DNA of 64,000 nt from an uncultured Planctomycetota bacterium (GTDB taxonomy: Bacteria; Planctomycetota; Planctomycetia; Pirellulales; PALSA-1355), in contig CAVQEL010000031.1 in assembly GCA_963711515.1 (NCBI GenBank), positions 82,052 through 146,051 of the forward strand. Direction: 5' to 3'. The notes under the pieces are model-generated. The model did not search any database, had not been told where the DNA came from, and saw only the letters and a list, made by a program, of their open reading frames with translations. The position numbers and the translations under genes were made by a program. Shown here in pieces: positions 1-10,935 of this stretch; position 1 is the first letter of the stretch; every line of letters begins with the position of its first letter.

Positions 1-298
1 ACCAGTAGCAGCTCGAATAGCCGATCGACAGAAAGATCGGCTTCTTCTCCCGCCGCGCCCGGGCCAGTGCCTCTTCACCCCAGGGATACCAATCCACCGG
101 GTTGTGCGCGTGCAGCAGCAGATAGGGGCTCGTCTCTTTGGCCAGCCGGTTGGTATGCGCAGGCGCGGCGTCCTGCGCCTTGTCCGCTGGTTTCGGATCC
201 GGTTCCGCGGCGCAGCGGCCCGGCGACAGCGCCAACCAGGTGACGAGTCCGATCAACAGGAGATGAGCGACGTTTCGGGCGGCTTTGGCCGTCGGCAC
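1..298 (-). CDS. Thioredoxin-domain protein (YyaL/DUF255 family), 5' part; runs off the window
   Basis: Manual minus-strand translation gives a signal peptide, then [50 protein letters not shown], the typical YyaL N-terminus. Not in the ORF track. Confidence 0.9.
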   Translation of the reverse strand, partial: MPTAKAARNVAHLLLIGLVTWLALSPGRCAAEPDPKPADKAQDAAPAHTNRLAKETSPYLLLHAHNPVDWYPWGEEALARARREKKPIFLSIGYSSCYW

Positions 299-506
299 GA
301 GAGGGGTCCTTTCCGCGGGCGAGGAATCAAAACGCGCGTGTCGTCACATTCTACCGGCGAGGGACGTGGGCGTCACCGGAGTTGGTGATCGACGCGCCGT
401 CGCCGTTGGCTTCGGGCTAAACGGACTCGGCTGTTCGGTTTTGCTGGTGCCCTTTACAATGGGCCGAGGATTCGGCGTTTCTGCGAATCGAGCACGCGGA
501 GAAATC

Positions 507-1043
507 GTGAAACTACTGCTGAGCGAAGAAGAAATCCGCGGGGCCGTCGGGCGCATGGCCGGTGAAATTGCTGATCACTATGCCGGCCGTTCGCTGACCA
601 TCCTGGGCGTCTTGACCGGCAGTCTGGTGCTGGTGGCCGACCTGATCCGCCGCCTCGACCTGCCGCTGCAAGTCGGCGTCATCCAAACCCGCAGCTATCG
701 CGGACCCGATACGAACCCCGGCCCGCTGCAAATCAACACCACGATGCTGCCCGACATTCGGGGGCGCAACGTGCTGTTGGTCGACGACATTTTCGACACC
801 GGCCGGACGCTGTCGGCGCTCATCGAACAAATGCGATCGCTCGAACCGGCCACCGTGCGGTCGGCCGTGCTGTTGTTGAAACAAGGCCGCCAGCAAGTCG
901 CCATGCGCCCGGACCACGTGGCCTTCGAGATTCCCGACGCCTTCGTCGTGGGCTACGGACTCGACTACCAGGACGCGTACCGCCATCTGCCCTACGTGGC
1001 GCGGCTCGAAGACGACGACCTGGCGGCGGGATCGTCGGCATGA
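507..1043 (+). CDS. hpt: Hypoxanthine phosphoribosyltransferase
   Basis: PRPP motif VLLVDDIFDTGRTL and FVVGYGLDY; GTG start at 507 inferred. Confidence 0.93.
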   Translation: MKLLLSEEEIRGAVGRMAGEIADHYAGRSLTILGVLTGSLVLVADLIRRLDLPLQVGVIQTRSYRGPDTNPGPLQINTTMLPDIRGRNVLLVDDIFDTGRTLSALIEQMRSLEPATVRSAVLLLKQGRQQVAMRPDHVAFEIPDAFVVGYGLDYQDAYRHLPYVARLEDDDLAAGSSA

Positions 1044-2140
1044 CGCGGCGCATCTTGCAGATAGTCCCCACGCTCGACCGCGGCGGGGCCGAAAAACAGC
1101 TCGTGCTGTTGTGCCAGGGAATGGCGCGCGACGAGTTCGACGTTCACGTCTGCGCCCTGTCGCGCGGCGGACCGCTGGCCGGCGAACTGCGCGCCGCCGG
1201 CGTCCCCTTGACCGTGATCGGCAAGCGCTGGAAGTACGATCCGCTGGCCTGGTGGCAATTGCGCAGCCACATCAAGCAACTGAAGCCCGAGCTGGTACAC
1301 ACTTGGATGTTCACGGCCAATGCCTACGGCCGCACGGCCGCGCGGGCCGCGGGCGTGAAACACATCGTGGCCAGCGAGCGATGCGTCGACTCCTGGAAAG
1401 CCTGGCATCAACTGGAGCTGGATCGCCGGTTGGCGCGATTCACCGACGCGATCGTCGTCAACAGCCGCGGAGTGGAAGAGTTCTACCGCCAAGAGCGACT
1501 GCCGACCGACAAACTGCGGCTGATCTATAACGGCATCGGCCCGCCGCCACCGACGTCGCTGACGCACGACGAACTGTGCCGCGAACTGGACATTCCCGCC
1601 GGATCGAAGCTCATCGGCGCCGTCGGCCGGCTGTGGCATCAAAAGCGGGTCAAGGACCTCATCTGGGCCACCGATCTGCTCAAGGTCGTGCGCGACGACG
1701 TCCACCTGCTCGTCATCGGCGAAGGCCCGCAACGGGAAAACCTCGAGCGCTTTCGCGAGCAGTGCCTGATCGACGACAAGGTACACTTTCTGGGCCAGCG
1801 CGACGACGTAATGCGGTTGATGCCCCATTTCGAGCTGCTCTGGCTGGCCAGTAGCTTCGAGGGGCTGCCCAACGTGATCATGGAGGCCATGAGCGCCGGA
1901 GTGCCGGTCGTGGCGACCGACATTTGGGGAAATCGTGAGCTGGTCGCCCACGGCCAGACGGGGTTTCTGGTGCCGGTGGGAGATCGCGCGGCCCTGGCCC
2001 GATTCGCCTTTAAAATCCTGGAAGATTGTCAGCTCGGCCACCGCCTGGGAGAGGCCGGCCGGCAGCGCATCGAAAGCGAGTTTCGCGTCCAGACGATGGT
2101 CGACCGCCACCAGGCGCTGTACCGTGAACTATTAGGCTGA
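1040..2140 (+). CDS. Glycosyltransferase family 4 (GT-B)
   Basis: GGAEKQL at the N-terminus and EGLPNVIMEAMSAGVPVVATD motif; overlaps the hpt stop (ATGA). Confidence 0.92.
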   Translation: MTRRILQIVPTLDRGGAEKQLVLLCQGMARDEFDVHVCALSRGGPLAGELRAAGVPLTVIGKRWKYDPLAWWQLRSHIKQLKPELVHTWMFTANAYGRTAARAAGVKHIVASERCVDSWKAWHQLELDRRLARFTDAIVVNSRGVEEFYRQERLPTDKLRLIYNGIGPPPPTSLTHDELCRELDIPAGSKLIGAVGRLWHQKRVKDLIWATDLLKVVRDDVHLLVIGEGPQRENLERFREQCLIDDKVHFLGQRDDVMRLMPHFELLWLASSFEGLPNVIMEAMSAGVPVVATDIWGNRELVAHGQTGFLVPVGDRAALARFAFKILEDCQLGHRLGEAGRQRIESEFRVQTMVDRHQALYRELLG

Positions 2141-2218
2141 GGCGGCCCGGCGCGGCGTCTCGGCCGATCGTTCGCATCGCGACGGCACGTCACTTCCCAG
2201 CACACCCCCAAAGCGCGC

Positions 2219-4189
2219 ATGTGTGGAATCACCGGAGCCATCTGGACCGACCCGTCCGCGGCGCTCGTGCGCCACGTGCTCGAGCGGATGACCGACGTGC
2301 TGCGCCATCGCGGCCCGGATGACGCCGGCAGTTACACGACGGCGCTGGTGACGCGCGCCGCCGGCGGGCCGCTGCCCGGCGTGGCGCTGGGCATCGCCGG
2401 CTGTCGATCATCGACGTGGCCGGTGGGCATCAGCCGCTGGCGAACGAAGACGACTCGGTGTGGATCGTCTTCAACGGCGAAATCTACAACCATCACGAGC
2501 TGCGGCAGCGCCTCGAAGGCTCGGGCCACCGGTTTCGCACGCGCTCGCGATACCGAAGTGCTCGTCCACCTCTACGAAGACGAGGGGATCGAATTTCTCC
2601 GCCATCTCAACGGCATGTTTGCGCTGGCCATCTGGGACGCCCGACACGGCCGGTTCGTGCTGGCCCGCGATCGCCTGGGCAAAAAACCTCTCTACTACCG
2701 CCACGAGCCGCGGCGGCTGCTGTTTGCCAGCGAGCTGAAGAGCCTGTTGGAAGTGCCGGACGTCGAGCGGCGGATCGATCCGCAGGCGCTCGACGAGTAC
2801 CTGACGTATCAATACGTGCCGCATCCGCGGACGATTTTCGCGGGTTTCTGCAAACTGCCGCCGGCCCATTACGCGGTGTTCGCCGACGGGCGGCTCACGA
2901 TCGAGCGCTACTGGCACCCCGAATTGGATCGCGAGGTGAACCGCCCGCTGGCCGATTACGTCGACGAGCTGCGCGAGCTGATGACTTCGGCCGTGCGGCT
3001 GCGGATGGAGGCCGACGTGCCGCTGGGGGCGTTTCTCTCGGGCGGCGTCGATTCGTCCTTGATCGTGGCGCTGATGCAACGCCTGTCGCGGGAGCCGGTG
3101 AAGACGTTTTCGATCGGCTTTCCGGTTCGCGGTTTCGACGAATCGGACCATGCCCGCCGCGTCGCCGAGCGTTGGGGCACGGATCATCACGAGTTTCGGG
3201 TCGAGCCCCACGCCGTCGAAGTGCTGGAGAAGCTGGTCTGGCACTACGACGAGCCATTCGCCGACAGCTCGGCCATTCCCACATACTACGTGTCCAAATT
3301 GTCGCGCCAGCACGTCACCGTGGCGCTGACCGGCGACGGGGGCGACGAGCTGTTCGCCGGTTATGACCGCTATCGGGCCGTGCGGCTGGCTGCCGCGCTG
3401 GATCGGCTGCCGGCCTGGACGCGGGCCGCCGTGACCAACCGCTTCGTCCGGCGGCTGGCCGACCGCGGACCGCAGCGTTCGCTCGCCCGGCGGCTGGGCC
3501 GGTTTGGCCAGGCGCTCGACTTCGGCCCCCAGCGGCGTTATCTGGAGTGGGTTTCGATGTTCAACGAAGCCCGTCGCGCCGATTTGTACAGCGAGGCGTT
3601 TCTCCGGCAGCTACCGGATCACGACCCGTTCGACTTTCTGGCCGACGCTTTTGCCCGGGTCCGCCATCGCGACCCGGTCTCGGCCGCCAGCCTGGTCGAT
3701 CTGGTGACCTATCTGCCGTGCGACCTGATGACCAAGGTGGACATCGCCTCCATGGCCAACGGTCTGGAGTGCCGCTCGCCGTTTCTCGACTATCGCCTGG
3801 CCGAGCTGGCGGCCGGCATGCCGCTGCGCTACAAAATGCATCGCGGTCGTGGCAAATGGATTCTGCGCAAAGCATTCGCCGACGTGCTGCCGCGCGAAGT
3901 GACTGCGCGAGCCAAGATGGGTTTTGGCGTGCCGTTGGCGGCCTGGTTTCGGGGCGAGCTGGCCGATTTTGCCCGCGACGTGCTGTTGGACTCCCAGGCC
4001 GCCGGGCGCGGCTATTTTCGCCCCGGCGCCGTGGAGGAGCTTTTGGCCGAGCACCAAACCGGCGCGTTCGACCACGGGTATCGTCTGTGGGGCCTGCTGG
4101 TGTTCGAGCTCTGGCATCGCACGTGGCTCGATGGCCGTCCGCAGCCGGCCCTGGCCGGCTCGGTTAGCACGCGCGTAACGGCCCGTTGA
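2219..4189 (+). CDS. asnB: Asparagine synthase (glutamine-hydrolysing)-like amidotransferase; two compensating frameshifts near 2390 and 2545
   Basis: MCGITG start, [27 protein letters not shown]; the [23 protein letters not shown] segment lies in another frame (ORF 2416). Confidence 0.9.
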   Translation: MCGITGAIWTDPSAALVRHVLERMTDVLRHRGPDDAGSYTTALVTRAAGGPLPGVALGIAGCRSSTWPVGISRWRTKTTRCGSSSTAKSTTITSCGSASKARATGFARARDTEVLVHLYEDEGIEFLRHLNGMFALAIWDARHGRFVLARDRLGKKPLYYRHEPRRLLFASELKSLLEVPDVERRIDPQALDEYLTYQYVPHPRTIFAGFCKLPPAHYAVFADGRLTIERYWHPELDREVNRPLADYVDELRELMTSAVRLRMEADVPLGAFLSGGVDSSLIVALMQRLSREPVKTFSIGFPVRGFDESDHARRVAERWGTDHHEFRVEPHAVEVLEKLVWHYDEPFADSSAIPTYYVSKLSRQHVTVALTGDGGDELFAGYDRYRAVRLAAALDRLPAWTRAAVTNRFVRRLADRGPQRSLARRLGRFGQALDFGPQRRYLEWVSMFNEARRADLYSEAFLRQLPDHDPFDFLADAFARVRHRDPVSAASLVDLVTYLPCDLMTKVDIASMANGLECRSPFLDYRLAELAAGMPLRYKMHRGRGKWILRKAFADVLPREVTARAKMGFGVPLAAWFRGELADFARDVLLDSQAAGRGYFRPGAVEELLAEHQTGAFDHGYRLWGLLVFELWHRTWLDGRPQPALAGSVSTRVTAR

Positions 4190-4519
4190 AATAAGCCATC
4201 GTGGCCTATTTCAACCTCGCCAGGTGCGTAGCAAAGCTCCGCACGGCTCGCAAAATAACGACTTGCAGCGTCATTTTGAGATCGCATCCATGCGATCGCG
4301 CAGACCGTTGCATATTTCAACGGTCTGCGAATCGCTCCGGGAGGGAGAGTCCAATACCCCGAATGCGCAGCGGCAGGCTGCCGCATCCGTTGCGACGCCG
4401 CGGCCCCCTCGAATCCGGCCCCGGGCTGCCAGGCCCTTTAGCCGGCCTTGCCGAACCGATAAGATGCACCACAGGCGAAATTTTCAACCATCGCACCCAG
4501 CGGCATCGGAGCAGCCGGC

Positions 4520-5776
4520 ATGAACGACGTATTGGCAGTGGTCTTGGCAGGAGGTAAGGGAGAACGTCTGGAACCTCTCACCCGAGATCGGGCCAAGCCG
4601 GCCGTGCCTTTTGGCGGGGCCTACCGGATCATCGACTTCACGCTGTCCAATTGTCTCAACAGCGGGTTGCGCAAGATGCTGGTGCTCACGCAGTACAAGG
4701 CGATGAGCCTTGACCGGCACATCAACCTGGGCTGGCAGCGGCTGTTGTGCCGCGAGTTGGGGGAGTGGATCGACGTCGTCCCGCCCCAGCAGCGGATCGA
4801 CGAACACTGGTACCAGGGGACCGCCGACGCCGTCTATCAGAACATCTATACGCTGGAAAAAGAGCGCCCCGAGTACGTCGTGATTCTGGCCGGCGACCAC
4901 ATCTACAAGATGGACTACGGCCAGTTGGTCGACTACCACAAGCAGCGGGGAGCCGATCTGACCGTCGGGGCGCTGCGCGTGCCGGCCAGCGAGTCGCGGC
5001 ACTTCGGCGTCATCCAAAGCGACGCCGACCAGCGCTTCGTCGGCTTCCAGGAAAAGCCGGCCGTTCCGGCCACCATCCCCGGCGATCCGGCGCACATCTT
5101 CGCCTCGATGGGCATCTACGTCTTTACGGCCCGCTTTCTGTTCGAGCAGCTTTGTCTCGACGCCACGCGGCCCGGCAGCCGGCACGATTTCGGCCACAAC
5201 ATCATCCCGGCCGTGATCGACACCCACCGCGTGTTCGCCTTTCCCTTCCACGACGAAAACCGCAAGCAGGACGCCTACTGGCGCGACGTGGGGACGTTGG
5301 ACGCTTACTTCGAGGCCAACATGGACCTGGTCTCCGTGGATCCGCAGCTCAACATGTACGACGAGCACTGGCCGATCCGCACCTACCTGCCGAGTTTCCC
5401 GCCGCCGAAGTTCGTCTTCGCCGAAGAAGGTTTCAACGCCCGACGCGGTCAGGCGCTGGACAGCATCGTGTGCCAGGGCTCGATCATCTCCGGCGGCACG
5501 GTCGAGCGGTCGCTGCTGGGCACCAACACCCGGGTGAACAGCTTCGCCCACGTGCAGGATTCGATCCTGCTGGACGGGGTGGACATCGGCCGCCATGCCC
5601 GCGTGCGCCGGGCGATCATCGACAAGCACGTCCACATCCCCTCGGGCGCCGAGATCGGCTTCGACCACGAGCAGGACCGCGCCCGCGGGTTCACCGTGAG
5701 CGAAGGGGGTGTGGTCGTGATCGCCAAGGCCGACGGCGTGGACCACTTCGTCGAGCCCGAGGCGATGCACGGCTAG
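4520..5776 (+). CDS. glgC: Glucose-1-phosphate adenylyltransferase
   Basis: LAGGKGERLEPLTRDRAKPAVPFGG, WYQGTADAV, YWRDVGTLDAY. Confidence 0.96.
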   Translation: MNDVLAVVLAGGKGERLEPLTRDRAKPAVPFGGAYRIIDFTLSNCLNSGLRKMLVLTQYKAMSLDRHINLGWQRLLCRELGEWIDVVPPQQRIDEHWYQGTADAVYQNIYTLEKERPEYVVILAGDHIYKMDYGQLVDYHKQRGADLTVGALRVPASESRHFGVIQSDADQRFVGFQEKPAVPATIPGDPAHIFASMGIYVFTARFLFEQLCLDATRPGSRHDFGHNIIPAVIDTHRVFAFPFHDENRKQDAYWRDVGTLDAYFEANMDLVSVDPQLNMYDEHWPIRTYLPSFPPPKFVFAEEGFNARRGQALDSIVCQGSIISGGTVERSLLGTNTRVNSFAHVQDSILLDGVDIGRHARVRRAIIDKHVHIPSGAEIGFDHEQDRARGFTVSEGGVVVIAKADGVDHFVEPEAMHG

Positions 5777-5824
5777 TGCTTTGTCATAGCCTGATCTTCG
5801 GGTCAGACATGCTGTAAGGCCAAA

Positions 5825-5854
5825 GCACTGCTGGACAAGCCGGCAGTGGCACCC
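5825..5854. repeat. REP family A, single copy
   Basis: GCACTGCTGGACAAGCCGGCAGTGGCACCC matches the reverse complement of the consensus GGGTGCCACTGCTGGCTTGTCCAGCAGTG seen at five other loci. Confidence 0.85.
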
Positions 5855-5895
5855 GAATGGTTTACGTTGACAATGCGCCAGTGTGTGCCGGGCGC

Positions 5896-5959
5896 AAAAA
5901 AAGGCTCCCGGAAAGGCTGTGTCCCAGGGGGGCAGAGGACAACAACCTTTTCCGGGAGC
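5896..5959 (-). terminator. Intrinsic terminator with long hairpin (minus strand)
   Basis: Minus strand GCTCCCGGAAAAGG...CCTTTCCGGGAGC followed by C and T7. Confidence 0.75.
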
Positions 5960-6150
5960 GATTGGACGGCGATCGCCAGAACGTGTTGCTTCTGGCGGAG
6001 TTCTCTACCGGCTGATCACGCCCGCGCTTGTAAGCGAAGCGAACCGACGGCTTCCATGCCGACGGGGTCCGCTCCGTGGTCCGCAGGCACGATTGCTCCG
6101 TCGAGCAGTTCGTTCCCGGTGCGGACCCATCCACATGGATTGTCTTCGTT
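5896..6150 (-). ncRNA. Candidate structured GGA-rich small RNA (Csr/Rsm-like?); 5' end unknown
   Basis: No credible ORF; several hairpins; seven GGA motifs in about 90 nt on the minus strand; own terminator. Confidence 0.4.
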
Positions 6151-6318
6151 TCTTAGCGTCGGGAACCGTTAGAACAGGTGCTGGTTGGCGTTTGCCTGTC
6201 CCCCTTGGCCCCCGACGTGAGGCGGGAGAATAGGGAAATCGATTTCCCCGGTCAAGGGCGGTTTCAACGGCATTTTCTCCGCGATTTTCGCGTCCTTTCT
6301 GGCCAGAGCAAACCAATA

Positions 6319-6350
6319 GAAAAGCCCGGGGAGACGTGCTCCCCGGGCTT
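6319..6350 (-). terminator. Intrinsic terminator of the MORN-repeat gene
   Basis: Perfect 12-bp stem AAGCCCGGGGAG/CTCCCCGGGCTT followed by a T-rich tail on the minus strand. Confidence 0.75.
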
Positions 6351-6382
6351 GGGTTCGTTTCGCTGCGGGCGGGCCGAGCGGA

Positions 6383-7678
6383 CTACCGCTTGGGCGGCAC
6401 GCGCTGAATCGGTTTGCTGATCCGGGGCACTTGCGGCACTTCCAGCTGGCGGGGCGTGTCGATCACGACCCCCTCGGACTGCGACAGGTCGGCCGACTGC
6501 ACGACGTGGCCGTCTTCCTTCCACCAGGTCCAGCGGCCGGTCGGATTGCCCTTGGCGTATTCGCCCTGAATCGACTTCTGACCGTTGGCGTGCCACCAGG
6601 TCCAGGTGCCGTCCTGCTTGCCGTGGTCGAAGCTGCCTTCGAGCGCCCGCTGGCCGTTGGAATGCCACCAGGTGAACTTTCCGACCTGCACGTCGTGTTC
6701 GTAGGCGCCTTCGAGCTGCTTCTGACCGTTGGCGAACCAACTGATCCACGGTCCGTGTTTTTCGTCCTTGCCGGTTTTGACCGTGGTGATCAGCTTGCAG
6801 TTCCACCAGTCGTCCGGCGAGTGTTCGATGTCCTTGGCAAACAGGTACATGCCCTCGGACTTCTTGGCGCCACCCTTGTGGTGGCTGATCTTCACGGCCA
6901 GCTTGCGGCCTTCCTCGTACATTTCCTTGATGCGGAGCGAGCCGTTGGGGGCCCATTCGAGATAGGGGCCGTCCATGTCGCCGCCTTTGAACTGCGCTTC
7001 GCGCATCTTCTTGCCGTTGGCGTACCACCAGGTCGACGGCCCTTGCCGGCGGCCGGCGGCGAAGTTCCATTGGCTGATCTTGTTCGTCTTGCCGTCGTAG
7101 ATCGTCCACTGGCCGTCGAGCTGGTCGTTCTTGAAGGTGGCCTGCGACACGAACGGGCCGGCAAACTGCGAATAGGGGAGCTTCGACAAGACGGTGGCGT
7201 CCGCCACGTTGCGATACCAGCGAATCCACACGCCGGTCCGGTTGCCGTATTCGTACTGACCTTGGGCCACGACGTTGCCGCGTTCGTCCCACATCTTCCA
7301 CGAACCGTGGTTCAGGTAGTTGCCGCGAGCGTCCTGCGTCACCTGCCGCTCGATGTGCACCTGGCCGTTGGCATACCGCTCCTTGATCAGCTCGGGATCC
7401 TCCGAGTCGTCGGCGCCGGCATTGTCCAGCGGCTTGGCCACGTCATCGTCGGCCTTATAGTGGCCGGGAATGTCTTGTTCGTAGTACTCCGTCGCATCGT
7501 CCTCCGGCGGGATTTCGACGACGTAGTCCGCCGGCTTCGAAGAAGCCAGCGTCTTGGCCGGCGATGTCGACGCGGGGCCTTGTTGTTTCGTCAGCGTCTG
7601 GGCCTCCAGCGATAGCGCTCCGTAGGCCAACGCCCAGCCAACCGTCAACGTAGTGATCCATCTCCTGGCGCGAAGCAT
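6383..7678 (-). CDS. Secreted MORN-variant repeat protein (YwqK-like)
   Basis: Signal peptide; many G-x-W-x-x-W-x-x-NGQK repeats; AAGGAG RBS before ATG 7678. Confidence 0.85.
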   Translation of the reverse strand: MLRARRWITTLTVGWALAYGALSLEAQTLTKQQGPASTSPAKTLASSKPADYVVEIPPEDDATEYYEQDIPGHYKADDDVAKPLDNAGADDSEDPELIKERYANGQVHIERQVTQDARGNYLNHGSWKMWDERGNVVAQGQYEYGNRTGVWIRWYRNVADATVLSKLPYSQFAGPFVSQATFKNDQLDGQWTIYDGKTNKISQWNFAAGRRQGPSTWWYANGKKMREAQFKGGDMDGPYLEWAPNGSLRIKEMYEEGRKLAVKISHHKGGAKKSEGMYLFAKDIEHSPDDWWNCKLITTVKTGKDEKHGPWISWFANGQKQLEGAYEHDVQVGKFTWWHSNGQRALEGSFDHGKQDGTWTWWHANGQKSIQGEYAKGNPTGRWTWWKEDGHVVQSADLSQSEGVVIDTPRQLEVPQVPRISKPIQRVPPKR

Positions 7679-7961
7679 GCCGCACTCCTTTGCTAGCATG
7701 AAAACCTACCGTGACGCCACCATCCTGATTGATTGGTGCTCGTCGAACTTATCGGCAAAGTACCCCGGGCCGCTTTTGCCGAATCTAGCGAAGATTCGCA
7801 AAATTGCCCCCCTCGGGGGTCCGCGGGCATACGCTTCAGTACGCCGCTGCCAAGCAGGCTCACGCGCCAGCGCGAGCATGGCACTGAGAGAAATTGACCG
7901 TGAGAATTCCCCAATGCCCTCGGACAAGGCACGAATGGCGCCGAACGCACGCCGCCGGCTG

Positions 7962-10501
7962 TCACTCCGGACGCCGAGCCATGTTGCTGGGCTTGCGGCG
8001 GGGGCTGTAGGCCAGGCCGATCCAGCCGTCGGCCACCTCAAGCTGCGTGACCTGCAAGTCCTTGAAGCGCGGATCGCTCGTGATCGCTTCGCTCAACAGC
8101 AGCACGTCACGATTCTTCGACAGCACCTTGGAAAAGATGGCCCGCAGCTTGAACTCGATCTTGCCTCGCAGGCTGCGGCCGTCCAGGCGAATCGTATCGG
8201 TGCGGGTAAATCGGGGCGACAGCCCGTCGACTTCCGCGGTATAGCTGGTCCGCACGCGGAAGTCGTGCCAGCGGCTCCCCTCGTGCGCCAGCTCGGCCAG
8301 CGCGAACGTCACTTCCACGCGGCCGGCGTCGCATCGCAGCCGCAGCGCGTCGTGATCCGCAAAGGTCACGCGCACGTCCTCGGGCAGGTCTTCCTGCTGG
8401 GCCAACTCGGGCCGGCCCAGCTTTTCGGCCACCCAGACAAACAGCTCCGCCAGCTCGAAGGTGCGCCCTTCCAGGTCCAGTTGCTCCAGGCCGTTATTGA
8501 GCGCCGACTGGTGAATCTGCAGGCTGAACCAGCTATCCGACGGGGCCCGCGGCCGCGGCGTGTGTGCGCCCAATTGTACGCGGCTGGCTAGCCGGGCCCG
8601 CGCCACGATCCGCTCGTCGCTGGTCTGCATTGCCACGGGCACCAGCTCCAAGCCCATCCGCGACAGCGTGGCTCCCTGATTGTCCTTCAGCTTTTGAGTC
8701 GCCGCGATCAGCCGGTTCTCGACTTCGGTGTCGAGCTGGTGGAGCGCCCGCACGGCCACCTTTTCTTCCGTCTGGCGACGGGCCAGGGTGCGCACCTCGT
8801 CGTGCTGGTTCTGGGCGATCGTGCGCACCAGCGAACCGACCAGCGGCACGCCGTCAAAATCCGTTTCCAGCGACAACAGGTAGTTGTAGTCGTTGTCGGC
8901 CTCGGCAATCGCCGGCCAGACCAGCAGTCCCTCGTCGCCGAGCACGAACAGTTTCCGCACCAGAAACGTCGAATGCCCCCGGTTGCGGAACGTCGCCGGC
9001 CCGCTGCTGGAAACGGTGTTCGAGTCGACCGATCCCAGGGCTTCCAGACCCAGTCGAATCCGCCGTGCATCGGGCACGAGCTTGACCGTCAATTCGGTAA
9101 ACGTGCTGCTGTTGCCGCGCACCGGCACGTTCACCACGGTGTCGCGCACCGGCGCGTCGATCCGGCCGGGCTGTGGCACCAAGCGGTTGATCAATTCCTC
9201 GCGCATGGCCACCCGTACGTTCGCGTTTCGATAGTGCGTTTCCAAGCGTCGCAGCGCCGCGGGACGTGCTTCCGGCGGCGCCCAACGCAAACTGCGCAAA
9301 TCGTCGGCCGCGCTGGCCGCGTCGCTGGCCAGCTCCGAATACTCATAGGCTTCCAGATGCGCGAGCAGCCGCTCGGGCGTGATGGGTTCGGCGGCCCAGC
9401 CCCGCAAGGCGTCGCGCAGCTCGCCCAGCGGGCTGCTGTCGACAAACTGTCGTTGGGCGGGAGAAAGACGCCGCGACGCCAGGCGGCCCAGAACGCGGGT
9501 GGCCAATCGCCGCCGCTGGTCCTGGTCGTAATCGTCGGCCGACGCTTCCACCAGTTCGTCGAACTTCAGGTAGTCGCGCCAATCGGCTCCGGCCGGATCG
9601 CGCTTCGCCAGCGCGTCGAAGTCGGCCAATCGCGCGGACGTCGGCCAGACCGCTGGCCGCCAGCTCTTCGGACACCGGGTGCTCGTCGAGCGTGGTCGCG
9701 GTCTCCCACACGTCCACCCAACGCGTCAGCCCGTAACGGGCGCACGCCGATCTGGGCCAACAGCGACCGGTCTGCCGGCGGCAGCACCGCGTCTCGCGCG
9801 ACCAGCTCGCGCAACTTCTCGATCGACGCTCGCCGGACCCGCGGTTCGTCGCTCGCGCTGAGCTCTTGAATCAACTGAATCGCTCGCCGCGCCCAGATCA
9901 ACTGCGCGTCTTCGTGCGTCAGATTCGTCAGTTGCTCGACAAGAATTCGCGGCATCGGCCAACCGCTGGCGGCCACGGCCGGTGCGCCCTCCGGCTCGGC
10001 CGGCGGCTGCGGATCGCTGGCATCGGGCGCGTCGAGCGCCGGCGCGCTGATCACCGGCTCCGCCGGGGCGACTTCGGCTTGTGGCGTCGGCTCGGCCGCT
10101 GGTCGCGGTTCGGGTGCCCTGGGCAGCGCCGGCCGTGCGGCGATCTCGAATTCTTCTTCCCGCACTTGCTGGGCATATTCCGGCGCCGGCGGAATGAGCT
10201 GGACGCCCCACACCCCGGACATGTCGATCGGTTTCGTCGGCACCGCCGAATAGGCCGCGTGGTGGGCCGACTCAAACTCCGCCTCGGGCGGCGCCAGCTC
10301 CGCGTCGTCGCTGCTTTCCAGCGCCACCGACTCGTCGACTCTCCGGTCCGATTGGCCCGACTCGCGGTCCGGTGCCTTGTTGATGGGTCGGACCCGGGCG
10401 CTGCGCTCCCAGCCGCGCGGCGCCAACAGGCTCAGCACAAACAGGCAACTCAGGATTCCCAGATACGGCCAGACGGGACTCCGGTGTCTTGATTTCTTCA
10501 T
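7962..10501 (-). CDS. Large membrane-anchored hypothetical protein, split by frameshift(s) near 9640-9745
   Basis: GGAG RBS, then MKKSRHRSPVWPYLGILSCLFVLSLL (TM), a Pro/Ala linker (ORF 9566..10690), then the beta-rich ORF 7962..9629. Confidence 0.7.
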
Positions 10502-10935
10502 GCGCCCGCACTCCTGTTGGTGGTCTCGTCCCGGGGCTCGTTCCCTCAAGCGACTGCGTGCACCGCTCCTCCCACGCGTGTTGCCGGATCGAGGCACTTC
10601 GCAACCCGATCCACGCAAGCCGGATGGCCGCGCGCGACGGAGACCGCGCGATCTTCCACCTCCTAAGAATCGGTACGATGTGGCGAGCAAGTGGATGTTT
10701 GTTGGCAGGAAACAATCGCTCGATTCCGCTCGAGCGGATCAGGGCAAGCGGGCCGCTATCGACGTCTGGGCAAGCCGCCGCGACTTTGCCGACGTGCGGC
10801 CCTCTTCCAGGGTTTGGAACAGGCCGCCCCTGGCTGGGTGCCGATCGCGTCGCTCGATTGATGCTCCGCCGGCCGAACCGTAAAATGGGTGGGACGCGTG
10901 AACTTTTCTCGCGCTCCTTCGAGGACCCGTTCTTC

